This document shows positions 44,295 to 54,103 of a stretch of DNA of 64,000 nucleotides, piece after piece; position 1 is the first letter of the stretch; every line of letters begins with the position of its first letter. Position numbers and translations under genes: made by a program. Source of the stretch: Trypanosoma brucei (lineage: Eukaryota). The notes beneath the pieces were generated by a model that worked only from the letters and a program-made list of their open reading frames with translations, made no database searches and was not told the origin of the DNA. Location: contig CP000068.1 of NCBI GenBank assembly GCA_000002445.1, positions 1,056,001 through 1,120,000 on the forward strand, written 5' to 3'.

Positions 44295-44661
44295 CTCCCA
44301 CAACTAGGCAGATTAAAAGGCGGCTGAAAGACTCCTGGCAGTGAACCCCTACACACGTTGCGCCGCACCTGCTTGTTGGGCTCCCGCTCCTCGGCCCCTG
44401 TAGGACGGTGTGGCCACTGAAGCGTCCTCTGACTTCATTTACCCGGCGGAAGCGTCCTATCGATCATATTCTTTTACCTGTTAGCTCTCTTTCTCGGGCG
44501 CTTCCTCTTGAAATTTAGCCCTCCCCCTCCCCTTAGGGCTCGAGCGTATAGTTCACCGCCCAGAACGCATTGCCACCACGCCCTCCCAGCCTCTCGGCCA
44601 GTTCTTTTTTTTTTTTTTGCGTTGCCCTCTCCGACTCCTCGAAAGGCTTAATGTTTTCGCA

Positions 44662-44672
44662 GTCTCCATTCC
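44662..44672 (-). repeat. C11 on + strand (G11 in minus-unit sense), preceded by T14 at 44605-44618
   Basis: Read directly from the sequence. Confidence 0.95.
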
Positions 44673-46064
44673 CCCCCCCCCCGCTTTCAGGCCAGTGCTC
44701 CCCTAGCTAATTAAAGACGCTGCTTCTCCATACGTGGTGGTATCTTTCAAAGCGGATCTCCCCCACAACAGCCTGTGCACTTGGTATACAAACCCTTTCA
44801 TTGCCACAGTTGGCCCCAACATATTTCCCTTTTTGACGAGTGTAACAGCGCCTCGTAGGAAGGGTATTACCCCTCAAGGTTTTGTAACCACTCTCATTCT
44901 TCATATATCTTGTTTTCCCCCTGCGCAGCCATCTCCTGTAGGGCGTCTCCTCTCCTCGGTTCCCTCTCGTGAGCCGTGTGTGCGTGCGTGCATGTGTAAT
45001 AATGCGTTTTTGCAGCTCTTTAGAGGGGCTGAGAGTTTTAACATGCATCCGAAACGGCCCTCAACACACGCTCTGCGGTAGCACACCCGTTTAGATTTGC
45101 TCCTGCAAGGCAATACCCATCGACGACATTAGAAGTGGAGTCTGTTACCATCCGTGGTGCTGCTGGACTTGAGTTCGACATAATGACGTTTGCGGGTGGC
45201 CCTCCATTTCGGACTCCGTGTCATTGCGACACATCCCTCGCACATTTTCGCACCGTCCTTTGGTGGCCTCCACCGTGCCGAAGACCCTCTTGTGACTCCC
45301 TCCGTTTTAAATATTCTCGAGCTTTCTAGCGAGCACTGCTGTGTGGTACGATCAGCTCTGCAACCGGGCGGTGTGGGTGTATCCGGTTTTCATCTGCACG
45401 AGGAATCTTACACAACTATTTTCATTGTGGCTCCTTTCGATGACGGTATGTTCGACGCCCCCTTTTTTTTAAAATGTTGTGTTACGGATTCATGTCGGTG
45501 CAAATGTGATGTGGATCCTGCACTTAGGGGCGACGATGGTCGGTGGTGTTTGTGGAGCTCCCGTCTATCTGGGTCCCTTCACGGAATCTGTACCGTGTCG
45601 TGTTGAGATGGCCTCGCCGCCCCCTTTTAAGATCGGATAGAGGTAACAAGTGAATTGTCGGGTATTAGGGTTACTCTCTTCTTTTGCGTGGAAGTATATT
45701 CCCCACCCGATGCAGAAGTGACGGTTCTGTTTGCGGAACTGGTTGAATCAAAACATATCTTTGCCGGTCTTGATGGGTGCGGCAGCCTCTTGATATTTTA
45801 TTGTAGCCCGAGTAGAAGTGGAGCCGAGGTCCGCGGTAAGTTGTTGGCCGGTCATTGTTGTAGCGTATGGTGCGCCACGTGATCTATCGTTTTTTATTTC
45901 CCCCTCATTTTCTTCGTAGCCGTCATTTTTCCTTTTTTTAGTATTGTAGAAAAGATGTGTATGGATGGTAAATGACGGATCATTCCCCTCGTTAGAGGAA
46001 GCTACTTTACTAATGCTTTTGTTGCCTTAGTCAAACTGCTTGTCTAATGAAACCGTGCTAAACT

Positions 46065-46091
46065 GTGGTGTGTGTGTGTGGGGGGGGGGGG
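46065..46091 (+). promoter_or_regulatory. (GT)7-8 followed by G11, 345 nt upstream of SMC3 ATG in sense orientation; GT-rich/G-tract promoter-like element
   Basis: tgtggtgtgtgtgtgtgggggggggggg read directly. GT-rich elements and G-runs have been reported at trypanosome Pol II start regions. Confidence 0.5.
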
Positions 46092-46383
46092 AAGGCCGTG
46101 TGCCGCGCCTGCTAGCACACCACAGCAGGTAACCATGCGCGGACGTTGCTTACACCTTGGTAGCTTCACTATCATTTTGCTGCTTAATGGTACCGTTTGT
46201 TAATTACCTTCAAGCAATGAGATAACCTTCTTATTACTGTTTTGTTTAATGTTGTCTTTTGTTCCACATCCTAAGCTTCTACATCAGGAGAGTGGTGTAT
46301 GTTGTTGCGCTGACTTTGTACTTTCCCCCTTAGACTGCACGGTTGCCAACATGAAATAACCTGAACTGATTGTTTAACATTAC

Positions 46384-46418
46384 CGTTTGTTTTGTTTTTT
46401 GACTACCCTCTTTCTTAG
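46384..46418 (+). promoter_or_regulatory. Polypyrimidine tract + AG immediately upstream of SMC3 ATG (candidate trans-splice acceptor)
   Basis: tttgttttgttttttgactaccctctttcttag, with AG at 46417-46418 and the ATG at 46436. Confidence 0.55.
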
Positions 46419-46435
46419 ACCACTTACAGGATACT

Positions 46436-49400
46436 ATGTATATCAAAAATATTCTTATTTCCGGATTCCGCTCGTACCGAGAACAAGCGTTTGAGCAGGA
46501 GCTCTCGCCGAAAAACAACGTGATCGTTGGGAAAAACGGAGCAGGCAAGTCGAATTTCTTCGCTGCGATCCAGTTTGTTCTTTGTGAGAAATTTATGAAC
46601 CTTTCTTCTGTAGAGAGAAAGGATCTGTTCCACGTTGGATCCGGGAGGCCTGCGTTGCCCATCTTTGTGGAAATTATTTTTGATAATTCTGATGGTCGTC
46701 TTGTAATACCGGGAAAATCTGCTGTGAATGAAGTGCGTATACGGCGTACACTGGGCCTTAAGCAAGACGAATTTCGTGTAAATGACAAACGGTTCACGGC
46801 CACTGATATCCGGCAACTGCTGGAAAGCGCTGGGTTCTCGTCAACCAACCCTTACTATATTGTTGAGCAAGGCCAAATTTCAAGTTTGGCAAACATGAGT
46901 GATGAAGAACGGTTCCAACTTATAAAAGATGTGGCAGGTACGAGAGTTTATGAAGTAAGGCGAAAGGAGAGCGAGAAGATTTTGGAAGAAACGGAGGTGC
47001 AGCACGAGAAAATCGGGGAGTCTATTGCTCAACTCGAGGAGCGTCTTGAAGAGCTTCGGTCTGAGTCTGATGAACTCATGTCGTTCCAAGAGATTGACAA
47101 AAAAAGAAAGTGTGTTCAGTACTGTATCCTTAACTCAGACCTGAACGCTGCAAGAGAAGAACTTCGGAGGCTGGATGATGAGAGGAACTCTTACATGTCC
47201 CGCAGCGGAAGGGATCATTACGATATTGATGAAGCGAAAGCCATCATCAGTGAAGCTGAATCGGAGATACGTAATTGCGATCAGCGTATCTTGAGGTTGG
47301 AGGGGGAGCTACAGGACCTGGATACGAAAAGGGGCACATTGATGCGTGAAAAAGAGATTGTGCAATTAAATTGTATGTCATCTCTCAACACGATGAAAAG
47401 AACAGAGAGTGTGAAAACGAACGTTCTGAAGAGGGTTGGAGAACTGAACAAACAGATAGCAGAGACGAATGCTGGCTTGAAGAAGAAGCTTGCTATCATA
47501 CAACAGGAGCAGCTTACTGTTGATCAGAAAAGTGAGGAACTGTCCGCCATAGAAGGAAAACTTAAGGCACTTGAAGCGAGACGGGCTCGTCAATTGCTTT
47601 TCAAGAACAAGCAAGAGCGGGACAACTGGCTTGCTGAAGAGTCTAATAGAAACAGAAAAACCATAGAGAATTATAAACATGAATTAAAGTTTACGTGTAG
47701 TGAGATACAGAAAGTTGAAAAGCAAATTGAGGATGAGGAAACTGAACAGAAAAATTGGGAGGAATCATTAAAGAAATCAGATTCAGTTATAACGGAGCTT
47801 AAATCAAAGTACGAAGAGACGATGGCCTTCAGGAATTCACTGAGCGTTAAAAAGGGTGACCTCTGGAGAGAACAGTCTGCCCTTGTACAGACGGTTCGGA
47901 CACTACGCGAGAATCACAACAAAGCCCGCAGTCAACTCGAAAAAGTAATTCGCTCAGATGTTCGTCAAGGGTTGCAGTCTCTTAAAGAGGTTCTGGACGA
48001 GCTGGCCGACCCATCGCTAACAAATGCTGTACATGGCCAATTAATTGAGCTCATCGGCGTCTCGAACGGCTACGAGACAGCTGTTGAAGTGACAGCTGGT
48101 AATTCACTCTTTAACGTTGTTGTTGATTCATTCGAAGTTAGTGCGATTTTGCTGGAGAATATGAACAGCAGGAAGAAACCTGGACGTATATCATTTTTCC
48201 CAATGGATACGTGTAGGGGCACGGTGACACGGTTCGGTGAAGGTGTCGAGTGTAGCAGCTTGGCAGACCATATAATTTGTGATCCGAAGTTTGCTGGCAT
48301 TGTTGCCGAACTATTTGGAAATACTGCTGTTGTGACCTCCATTGCAGATGGTGAAAATGTTTCAAAAAAGTACGCATGTGACGCGGTAACGTTGGATGGG
48401 GATCAAGTCAGCCGGAGAGGTGGTATAACAGGTGGTTATATCGAATCTCGGAGTTTGAAACTCTCTGCTTTCAAGTATGAAAAGGTTGCTGCTGCAGATT
48501 TTTTAAGAGGAGATGAGGCCCTGAAGAAGATTACTCAGGAGTTGGACAACGTTAACCAGGCCTTAACAGGTGTTGTGACCACCCTTAGCTCGCTCAAGAC
48601 GGAGATGTCCTCCATAACGAAATCTAAAGACGGCTCACAAGTTGTCGAACAACATGCACAAAGAAAAGCAGCACTGGATAGGCAGAAGGATAAGTTATAC
48701 GCATCAAAGAAGCAGTTGGAGGACATGATAAATACTGCCCAAGTAAACATAGCCACCTACCAGCATGAGGGAAAAGAAGCGTTCAAATCGGCATGGAGCG
48801 AAGGTGAACAACGAGAGTTGGAGGCGCTGGTGAAAGATGTCGACGACCGCCGCATGAAACTCTCAAAACTTCAGCGGCGGAGTGCACAGTTGGCTGCGGA
48901 AGTGAGGGCCTTGGAGGATATGCGGCTTAACTTAAACGTCCAACTCACGGCTACTAAAAAGTTCTTTCACGATTCCGCTCAACTCAGTGCAAGTAATACC
49001 GCTATTACTAATGAAAAAGAAAATCTTGACGATGATATTTCTTTTAACTCGCAGCAAGCCAACGAAGTCTACAGGTTATTGGATGAGACCAGGAAAGAGA
49101 AACTTCGCAGGGAGGAAGAAGTCGAGAAGCTTAGGAGTGGCTACCTTGAGGCTCTGAATTCTATTCAGGAAAGAAGAGATTTCGACGGAAGGACTCTAAT
49201 GCAGCAGGCACATTGCATTAGACGTCGTGATGGCGCGGCGGAGAAGATAAGGCAACTGGGCGTAATACCCAAGGAAGCTGAGACATATTCTGGGTTGTCC
49301 AGAGAAAAACTAATACAAACACTCAAAGAGTGCAATAAAGCTGCTGAGAAATATGCACATATAAACCGAAAGGCAGTTGATCAGTACAATACATTAATGG

Positions 49401-50035
49401 AAACGAAAAACGGTCTTGTCGCCCAGAAAGAGGATCTTCAGAATGAACTGAAGAGTATTCGTGACTTAATGGACCACCTCGACTGCAAAAAGGATGAAGC
49501 AGTTGAGCGGACATACAAGCAAATTCAGTTGCACTTTGAGCAAGTTTTCAAAGAGTTAGTTACGACCGATGACTGTTACGGTAAACTTCAACTCATCATG
49601 TCAAACACCAGAAAAGAGGCAGGTGAGGATCCGTATGTTGCTGTTCAGATAAAAGTTTCTTTCGGACTAGGAGCTGCCGTCACTGACCTGAAACAACTGA
49701 GTGGTGGACAAAAATCACTTGTGGCGCTGGCGTTGATTTTTGCTATTCAGCGCTGTGATCCTGCACCATTTTATCTTTTCGATGAAATCGATGCTGCCCT
49801 CGATACTGAGTATCGGGCGTCTGTAGCGAAGCTTCTTTCTAAAGAATCAGGGTCGTGCCAATTTATTACAGCAACATTCAAAAACGAAATGCTTGACGTG
49901 GCCGATCACGTGCTCGGTGTTTTCTTTCACAACAAAATAAGTCGTATTCAAGCAATTACGGTTGAAGAAGGTAACAAGCTTTTGAAACAAGCAGTTGTTG
50001 AGGAAAGAAAAAGAGTCCGTGAGCATGTTGAATGA
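46436..50035 (+). CDS. SMC3: Structural maintenance of chromosomes protein 3 (cohesin SMC3); first gene of the plus-strand polycistronic unit
   Basis: MYIKNILISGFRSYREQ..GKNGAGKSNFFAAIQFVL (Walker A), hinge, and the signature LSGGQKSLVALALIFAIQRCDPAPFYLFDEIDAALD. 1199 aa. ATG verified at 46436. polyY+AG lies 10-50 nt upstream. Confidence 0.9.
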   Translation: MYIKNILISGFRSYREQAFEQELSPKNNVIVGKNGAGKSNFFAAIQFVLCEKFMNLSSVERKDLFHVGSGRPALPIFVEIIFDNSDGRLVIPGKSAVNEVRIRRTLGLKQDEFRVNDKRFTATDIRQLLESAGFSSTNPYYIVEQGQISSLANMSDEERFQLIKDVAGTRVYEVRRKESEKILEETEVQHEKIGESIAQLEERLEELRSESDELMSFQEIDKKRKCVQYCILNSDLNAAREELRRLDDERNSYMSRSGRDHYDIDEAKAIISEAESEIRNCDQRILRLEGELQDLDTKRGTLMREKEIVQLNCMSSLNTMKRTESVKTNVLKRVGELNKQIAETNAGLKKKLAIIQQEQLTVDQKSEELSAIEGKLKALEARRARQLLFKNKQERDNWLAEESNRNRKTIENYKHELKFTCSEIQKVEKQIEDEETEQKNWEESLKKSDSVITELKSKYEETMAFRNSLSVKKGDLWREQSALVQTVRTLRENHNKARSQLEKVIRSDVRQGLQSLKEVLDELADPSLTNAVHGQLIELIGVSNGYETAVEVTAGNSLFNVVVDSFEVSAILLENMNSRKKPGRISFFPMDTCRGTVTRFGEGVECSSLADHIICDPKFAGIVAELFGNTAVVTSIADGENVSKKYACDAVTLDGDQVSRRGGITGGYIESRSLKLSAFKYEKVAAADFLRGDEALKKITQELDNVNQALTGVVTTLSSLKTEMSSITKSKDGSQVVEQHAQRKAALDRQKDKLYASKKQLEDMINTAQVNIATYQHEGKEAFKSAWSEGEQRELEALVKDVDDRRMKLSKLQRRSAQLAAEVRALEDMRLNLNVQLTATKKFFHDSAQLSASNTAITNEKENLDDDISFNSQQANEVYRLLDETRKEKLRREEEVEKLRSGYLEALNSIQERRDFDGRTLMQQAHCIRRRDGAAEKIRQLGVIPKEAETYSGLSREKLIQTLKECNKAAEKYAHINRKAVDQYNTLMETKNGLVAQKEDLQNELKSIRDLMDHLDCKKDEAVERTYKQIQLHFEQVFKELVTTDDCYGKLQLIMSNTRKEAGEDPYVAVQIKVSFGLGAAVTDLKQLSGGQKSLVALALIFAIQRCDPAPFYLFDEIDAALDTEYRASVAKLLSKESGSCQFITATFKNEMLDVADHVLGVFFHNKISRIQAITVEEGNKLLKQAVVEERKRVREHVE

Positions 50036-52060
50036 TGTCGATAATTTTTTTTATTATTTAGGTGCTAGGGCATGTGGGGAGGAAAGGTTACTTATTATTT
50101 TCATTTTCTATCTACGCCATTTGGATGACAGAGGGTTCGCTGTTCCGTTACACTGAGCAAAAATGTAACGCAACGTTTTACATACGAGTATGGCTTGATG
50201 TATAGAACATTTTTTTCTTAACGGCATTTCTTTACATATGGTAACAGTAGTTTTACTTGGGTAACATATTTCCACTTCCTCTACCTGACCAATTTACTTA
50301 GCATCCTATATACTAGAAAGGCATATAATATGTAGTGTCGGTTCTTGTGCATTGGAAAAAGAGGGCGGCTACACGGTCTTTGCTTTGTGCAAAACTTGTT
50401 GTTACCCTACGGGAGTTTTTCCTTTGAAAACCGTTTGTATACCCTCAATTTGAAGTTTTTCAGCGTCTTTATGCCTGTACGAGCGGGGTAACTTCGTGAA
50501 GCTGCGACCCCTTGAATACGTCTCTGACTCGCTGAAACACACTAGCGTGTGGCAAAGGGCATATTCTTTGTTTCGGGAGGTTTCTGGCTTGTTACTGTGT
50601 GGTCGACTTATGTGTGTTGCTCACGTGGCTGACAAGACAGAATCGATAGACGACAAGTAAGCGCCACCACTACAGAAGACTGTCACAGAATTTGGTGCAG
50701 GAAATGACTGTTACAGTTGTTTGAATTCCCCTCATGCTTTGCAGCAGCGCCTAATCTACCGCTGATTTAACGTGCAGTGCTACACCACGCCTCCCACAAT
50801 GTACGACCTACAAAGTGAACGGGTACAACTCCCTGCCAGGAACGGGCGGCGTTAAGGCGGCAATACAGAAAAGACCACTGTTATCACGTAGGCAAATATT
50901 TTTTTTTTTATGTTCATCGACATGTAGTCGTACATAAAACGAAATGACTTATTGTGACATTAACCACTCCACTTACATGTTAATATAATATTCGTTTTTA
51001 ATATTTTCTCTGCACGTCAGCCCGACCTGTGAGCTGACGCCAGCGGATAATCGTGTTCAAATTTAGCGTCACCGTATTATATATTAATATGTATATATTT
51101 GTGCAGAGCATAAAGCGACCCTGCACGTATATCGGCTTTCTAATGTTAAAATAAGTATTCGAGAAGGCGGGACAGTTACTACACTACGATCATGTGACTG
51201 CAAGGTCGCTTCACCGCCATTGTAAAAATGACCGTATACTGGAGAGTAAAAATCCAGATGAAATGTTGTCGCTCCGAGTGCGGGTCAAACAATTTCTTCA
51301 GGTTTTGTATAAGTGGCGACATTCGAGTAGAAGTTGATGAGCATACTTAAACCCAAGATTCATAATTGGCATTTCACTTGCAGACAGTGAAGTAGTTATT
51401 TTTTTCGGCAACAACTGATTGTCCTCGGCGTTTCATTGTCATCTCAGCTATTATTTTCAACCATCTTTTTAGCCAGCGGTTTGAATACATTTTCGGCAGT
51501 GCTCGTTCGTATCGCTGTACACTCATCCTCTCTCTTTCCCTCTAGATATATGTCCAAACTGTTAGGAGGGAGCAGTCTATCAAGGGATGGAGGAGTGAAG
51601 GAGGTTTTGATGTGGTGCAAAAGGTGGAGAGAAATGAGAAACTATTCCAACTATCCTCTTTCCTTTTTTCTTTTCTTTCTTTTTTTTTTTGTCTTCTCTG
51701 AGTGGAGGTATGAATCGTTTACTTTGGTTGCTTTGAACTTTTCTCCATTTGAAGGAGTATGTTACTCAAAGTGTCGCATCTCTACACTTTCACAAATTGT
51801 ATACATATCCTCTCTCTTTTCTTGAAAACTTCTGTCCATGAATTAACTGTGATTCCTCTTATAGCGTTTTTACGCGTAAAGGAACCATTGTTCCCTTCAG
51901 GTGCACCACAGATAATAGCACAGCGGCGCCAACAACCAGCTGCACGTGAAGTATCGTTTAGTTGCATATTTTATTGGTTAGGTTTCTTGCATATTTCACG
52001 TGTTACTCATTTTTAAAATGTTTTGTATGTTTCTTTAGTGTTGGGAACGAACGTGCCAAC

Positions 52061-52111
52061 TTTTTTTTTTTTTACCTGACAACTTTTTTATTTAATTTTG
52101 CTTTTTCTTAG
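52061..52111 (+). promoter_or_regulatory. Polypyrimidine tract (T13 then T/C-rich) ending in AG: candidate trans-splice acceptor for the TGT-like gene
   Basis: T13 at 52061-52073. AG at 52110-52111. The ATG is 21 nt downstream. Confidence 0.6.
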
Positions 52112-52131
52112 AGGTGGCAGCAAATAGTGGA

Positions 52132-53139
52132 ATGCACGGAGTGTATCCTATTTTAGTTGTTCCATGCAGACGTGGTGGTATACCGTACCTAACACCCGAA
52201 CAGGCGCGTGATATTCTTGGAGAAGAAGAGAGGATTTTAAGCCTGTCTATATTTGATGCATACGAATATAAGGATGCGTGCAAAAAAGCGGGAAAAAGTT
52301 TTGCTGAATTTTGCGGACTTGGAGAGTTCAGAGTAATATTGACGGTACGGAGCCCGTATGTAGGAGCTCATGCCAGTGTTTCTGCATCTGAGACGGCGGT
52401 GTTTGGGGTCCACGAGAAAGGCAGGATATCTTTTAGCAATGAAAGCTGGGCGGAAATCGTAAAGTCCGTCATGCCCAACATGGCCATTACTCTTTACGAC
52501 AGTGTTCCCTTGCATGAACAACATTCAAAACGGAGGAAGACAGCATCAACAAGATCGCTGAAGTGGGCTAAATCCGCCGAGTGTGCCCCGGACATTGGTT
52601 GTGAGTTGATAAAGGCCTCGTCTGTTGCTGATAGGGAAAATGTGTTTGTATGCGCAGACGAACTGGGACAAAATGAGACGATTGTACAATATGCATCGCG
52701 GTTGTGCGAAATAACGAAGAATCACTACGTCATGAGTCCTACGCCTTCCCTCGGTGCTGTTCTGATGGCGCTGAAGGTTGGTGCTAGTTTCATTGAGTGT
52801 GCCTTACCGTGGACGTTGGCGGAAAGAGGTATAGCGCTTGTGTTTGACATGAATCCTGTCCACGGTTGCTCACCACAACGGTATGAGTCGCAGATAGATC
52901 TGAATGATCATTGTTTTGCAGTAGATATCAACCCTTTGTCACAAGCCTGTGTGTGTTCCACCTGTAGGAGACATACTCGGGCATATGTGCACCATCTCCT
53001 AACAGTCCAGGAGATGAACAGTTGTATTTTGCTTGTTGTTCATAATTTAGCCTTCCTGGTGCAGCTAATAGGGCTTTACAGAAGGTCAACTGCGGAGGCT
53101 CGAGAAAGTCTGCTAACTTGGGTGCTGGCACAGTTGTGA
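52132..53139 (+). CDS. Queuine tRNA-ribosyltransferase (TGT) family protein, short form (possibly the non-catalytic QTRT2-type subunit)
   Basis: C-terminal Zn-site and helix: ACVCSTCRRHTRAYVHHLLTVQEMNSCILLVVHNLAF (CxCxxC..H as in TGT). Track start 52114 is GTG. First ATG at 52132. T13 (52061-52073) plus AG (52110-52111) upstream. Confidence 0.55.
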   Translation: MHGVYPILVVPCRRGGIPYLTPEQARDILGEEERILSLSIFDAYEYKDACKKAGKSFAEFCGLGEFRVILTVRSPYVGAHASVSASETAVFGVHEKGRISFSNESWAEIVKSVMPNMAITLYDSVPLHEQHSKRRKTASTRSLKWAKSAECAPDIGCELIKASSVADRENVFVCADELGQNETIVQYASRLCEITKNHYVMSPTPSLGAVLMALKVGASFIECALPWTLAERGIALVFDMNPVHGCSPQRYESQIDLNDHCFAVDINPLSQACVCSTCRRHTRAYVHHLLTVQEMNSCILLVVHNLAFLVQLIGLYRRSTAEARESLLTWVLAQL

Positions 53140-53308
53140 GAACATTCAACTTAATGAACGAATAATGATAATGATGATCGCATAATTTTTTTTCTTTCAC
53201 GTTCTCCTTTCTATGGAAACTCCTGCTCTGTCTTGACGCCTGTAAGAAAGCGCCTCTGCGTTGGTATGTCGGTCTCCTCCATTTTTCTATCTGTTGTACC
53301 CTTGTTAG

Positions 53309-54103
53309 ATGGCCGCTGTCCCTTCAGCACATGTGGTAGTAAAGCGAGGGAGAGAAGAGGGTACGGAACAGTGTGGGCAATACAGCGCGTACTTTCGCTG
53401 TGGTGAATGGAGCTCGCTTGTTACGCTATACAGGCCAATAACGACGGAGATGATCGAGGAAAAGCTGTTCCGTGGCGTCGATTTCTTTTTTTCGCCGCAC
53501 GTATCCGATGTGGTGGGAAGCAGGCTGGTCCTCACTATCTGTGAGTCAGGAACTCCATGTGATAAACTGTTCAAGGATCGACCTTGGAAACCATGCAGTG
53601 TGCATGGTCCCTTTCGTTGTTCGTGTCACGCTCTAGAACATGTGGCACGTCAGGTAATTCAGTTGCAACGCGAGTTGTTGTGGTTTCAAGGGAAGTTGGA
53701 GGTATTCGACAGAGAGGAAGCACAGCATCCCGATACTCCTTTCTTCCAGGTGGACGTAGCGGGAGGAAGTGTGTCTCTCGTTCTCTGTGGGCTTCCATTC
53801 CCTGAGCGCCGCTTCGGCCCCTTTCCGCTCTTTTCCGTCGACAGCCGTTATTCCATAGGCAAGGCTATCGCAGCCGCGTCAATCACCGCGGAAACAACGG
53901 AGCCCGCTGTTCATAAGTGTGTCCTCTGTTCTATTAGTGCGGAGAGCAGGTGTTGTATTTGTAGGTGTATAGTTTGTGCTGAATGTGGAAGTGTTTGTGA
54001 CTGCTGCATGAGAGGGGCGTGCCGAGCCTGCGTTGTCACGGATATTGGCCCACAACAGTGTGAGTGTGCGCTCTGCATAGCGTGCCATAATTGGGCCGGA
54101 TAA
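53309..54103 (+). CDS. Hypothetical protein with Cys-cluster C-terminus (264 aa)
   Basis: ATG verified at 53309 with AG at 53307-53308. The C-terminus is CVLCSISAESRCCICRCIVCAECGSVCDCCMRGACRACV...CECALCIACHNW (multiple CxxC pairs). Confidence 0.5.
   Translation: MAAVPSAHVVVKRGREEGTEQCGQYSAYFRCGEWSSLVTLYRPITTEMIEEKLFRGVDFFFSPHVSDVVGSRLVLTICESGTPCDKLFKDRPWKPCSVHGPFRCSCHALEHVARQVIQLQRELLWFQGKLEVFDREEAQHPDTPFFQVDVAGGSVSLVLCGLPFPERRFGPFPLFSVDSRYSIGKAIAAASITAETTEPAVHKCVLCSISAESRCCICRCIVCAECGSVCDCCMRGACRACVVTDIGPQQCECALCIACHNWAG

Larger units (their letters stand above)
42577..46435. promoter_or_regulatory. Divergent strand-switch region; putative bidirectional RNA Pol II transcription start zone
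   Basis: All 18 genes to the left are minus and all 7 to the right are plus. 3.86 kb has no convincing ORF. It contains oriented G/C homopolymers, a (GT)n stretch and a GC-rich island (about 44150-45700). Confidence 0.7.

Noticed and set aside
45150-45200. tRNA-like GAGTTCGAC (T-loop-like) with upstream AGTGGAG
   Set aside because: It cannot be folded into acceptor, D, anticodon and T arms. There is no complementary 3' half.
42916-45882. Small ORFs inside the strand-switch region (42916..43269 -, 44707..45048 -, 45190..45606 +, 45655..45882 +)
   Set aside because: No homology, and a composition typical of random GC-rich sequence. Several would be oriented against the local transcription direction. 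They are kept only as part of the regulatory-region description.
46330-46848. 172-aa minus ORF overlapping the SMC3 start, and similar antisense ORFs inside SERCA, UBA2, SMC3 etc.
   Set aside because: They are antisense to strongly supported genes and oppose the direction of their polycistronic units.
51334-51417. Possible C/D snoRNA (TGATGA at 51335-51340, CTGA at 51414-51417)
   Set aside because: The C box lacks the 5' purine. There is no terminal stem and no plausible D'/C' boxes. Trypanosome snoRNAs are usually in tandem clusters, and none are seen here.
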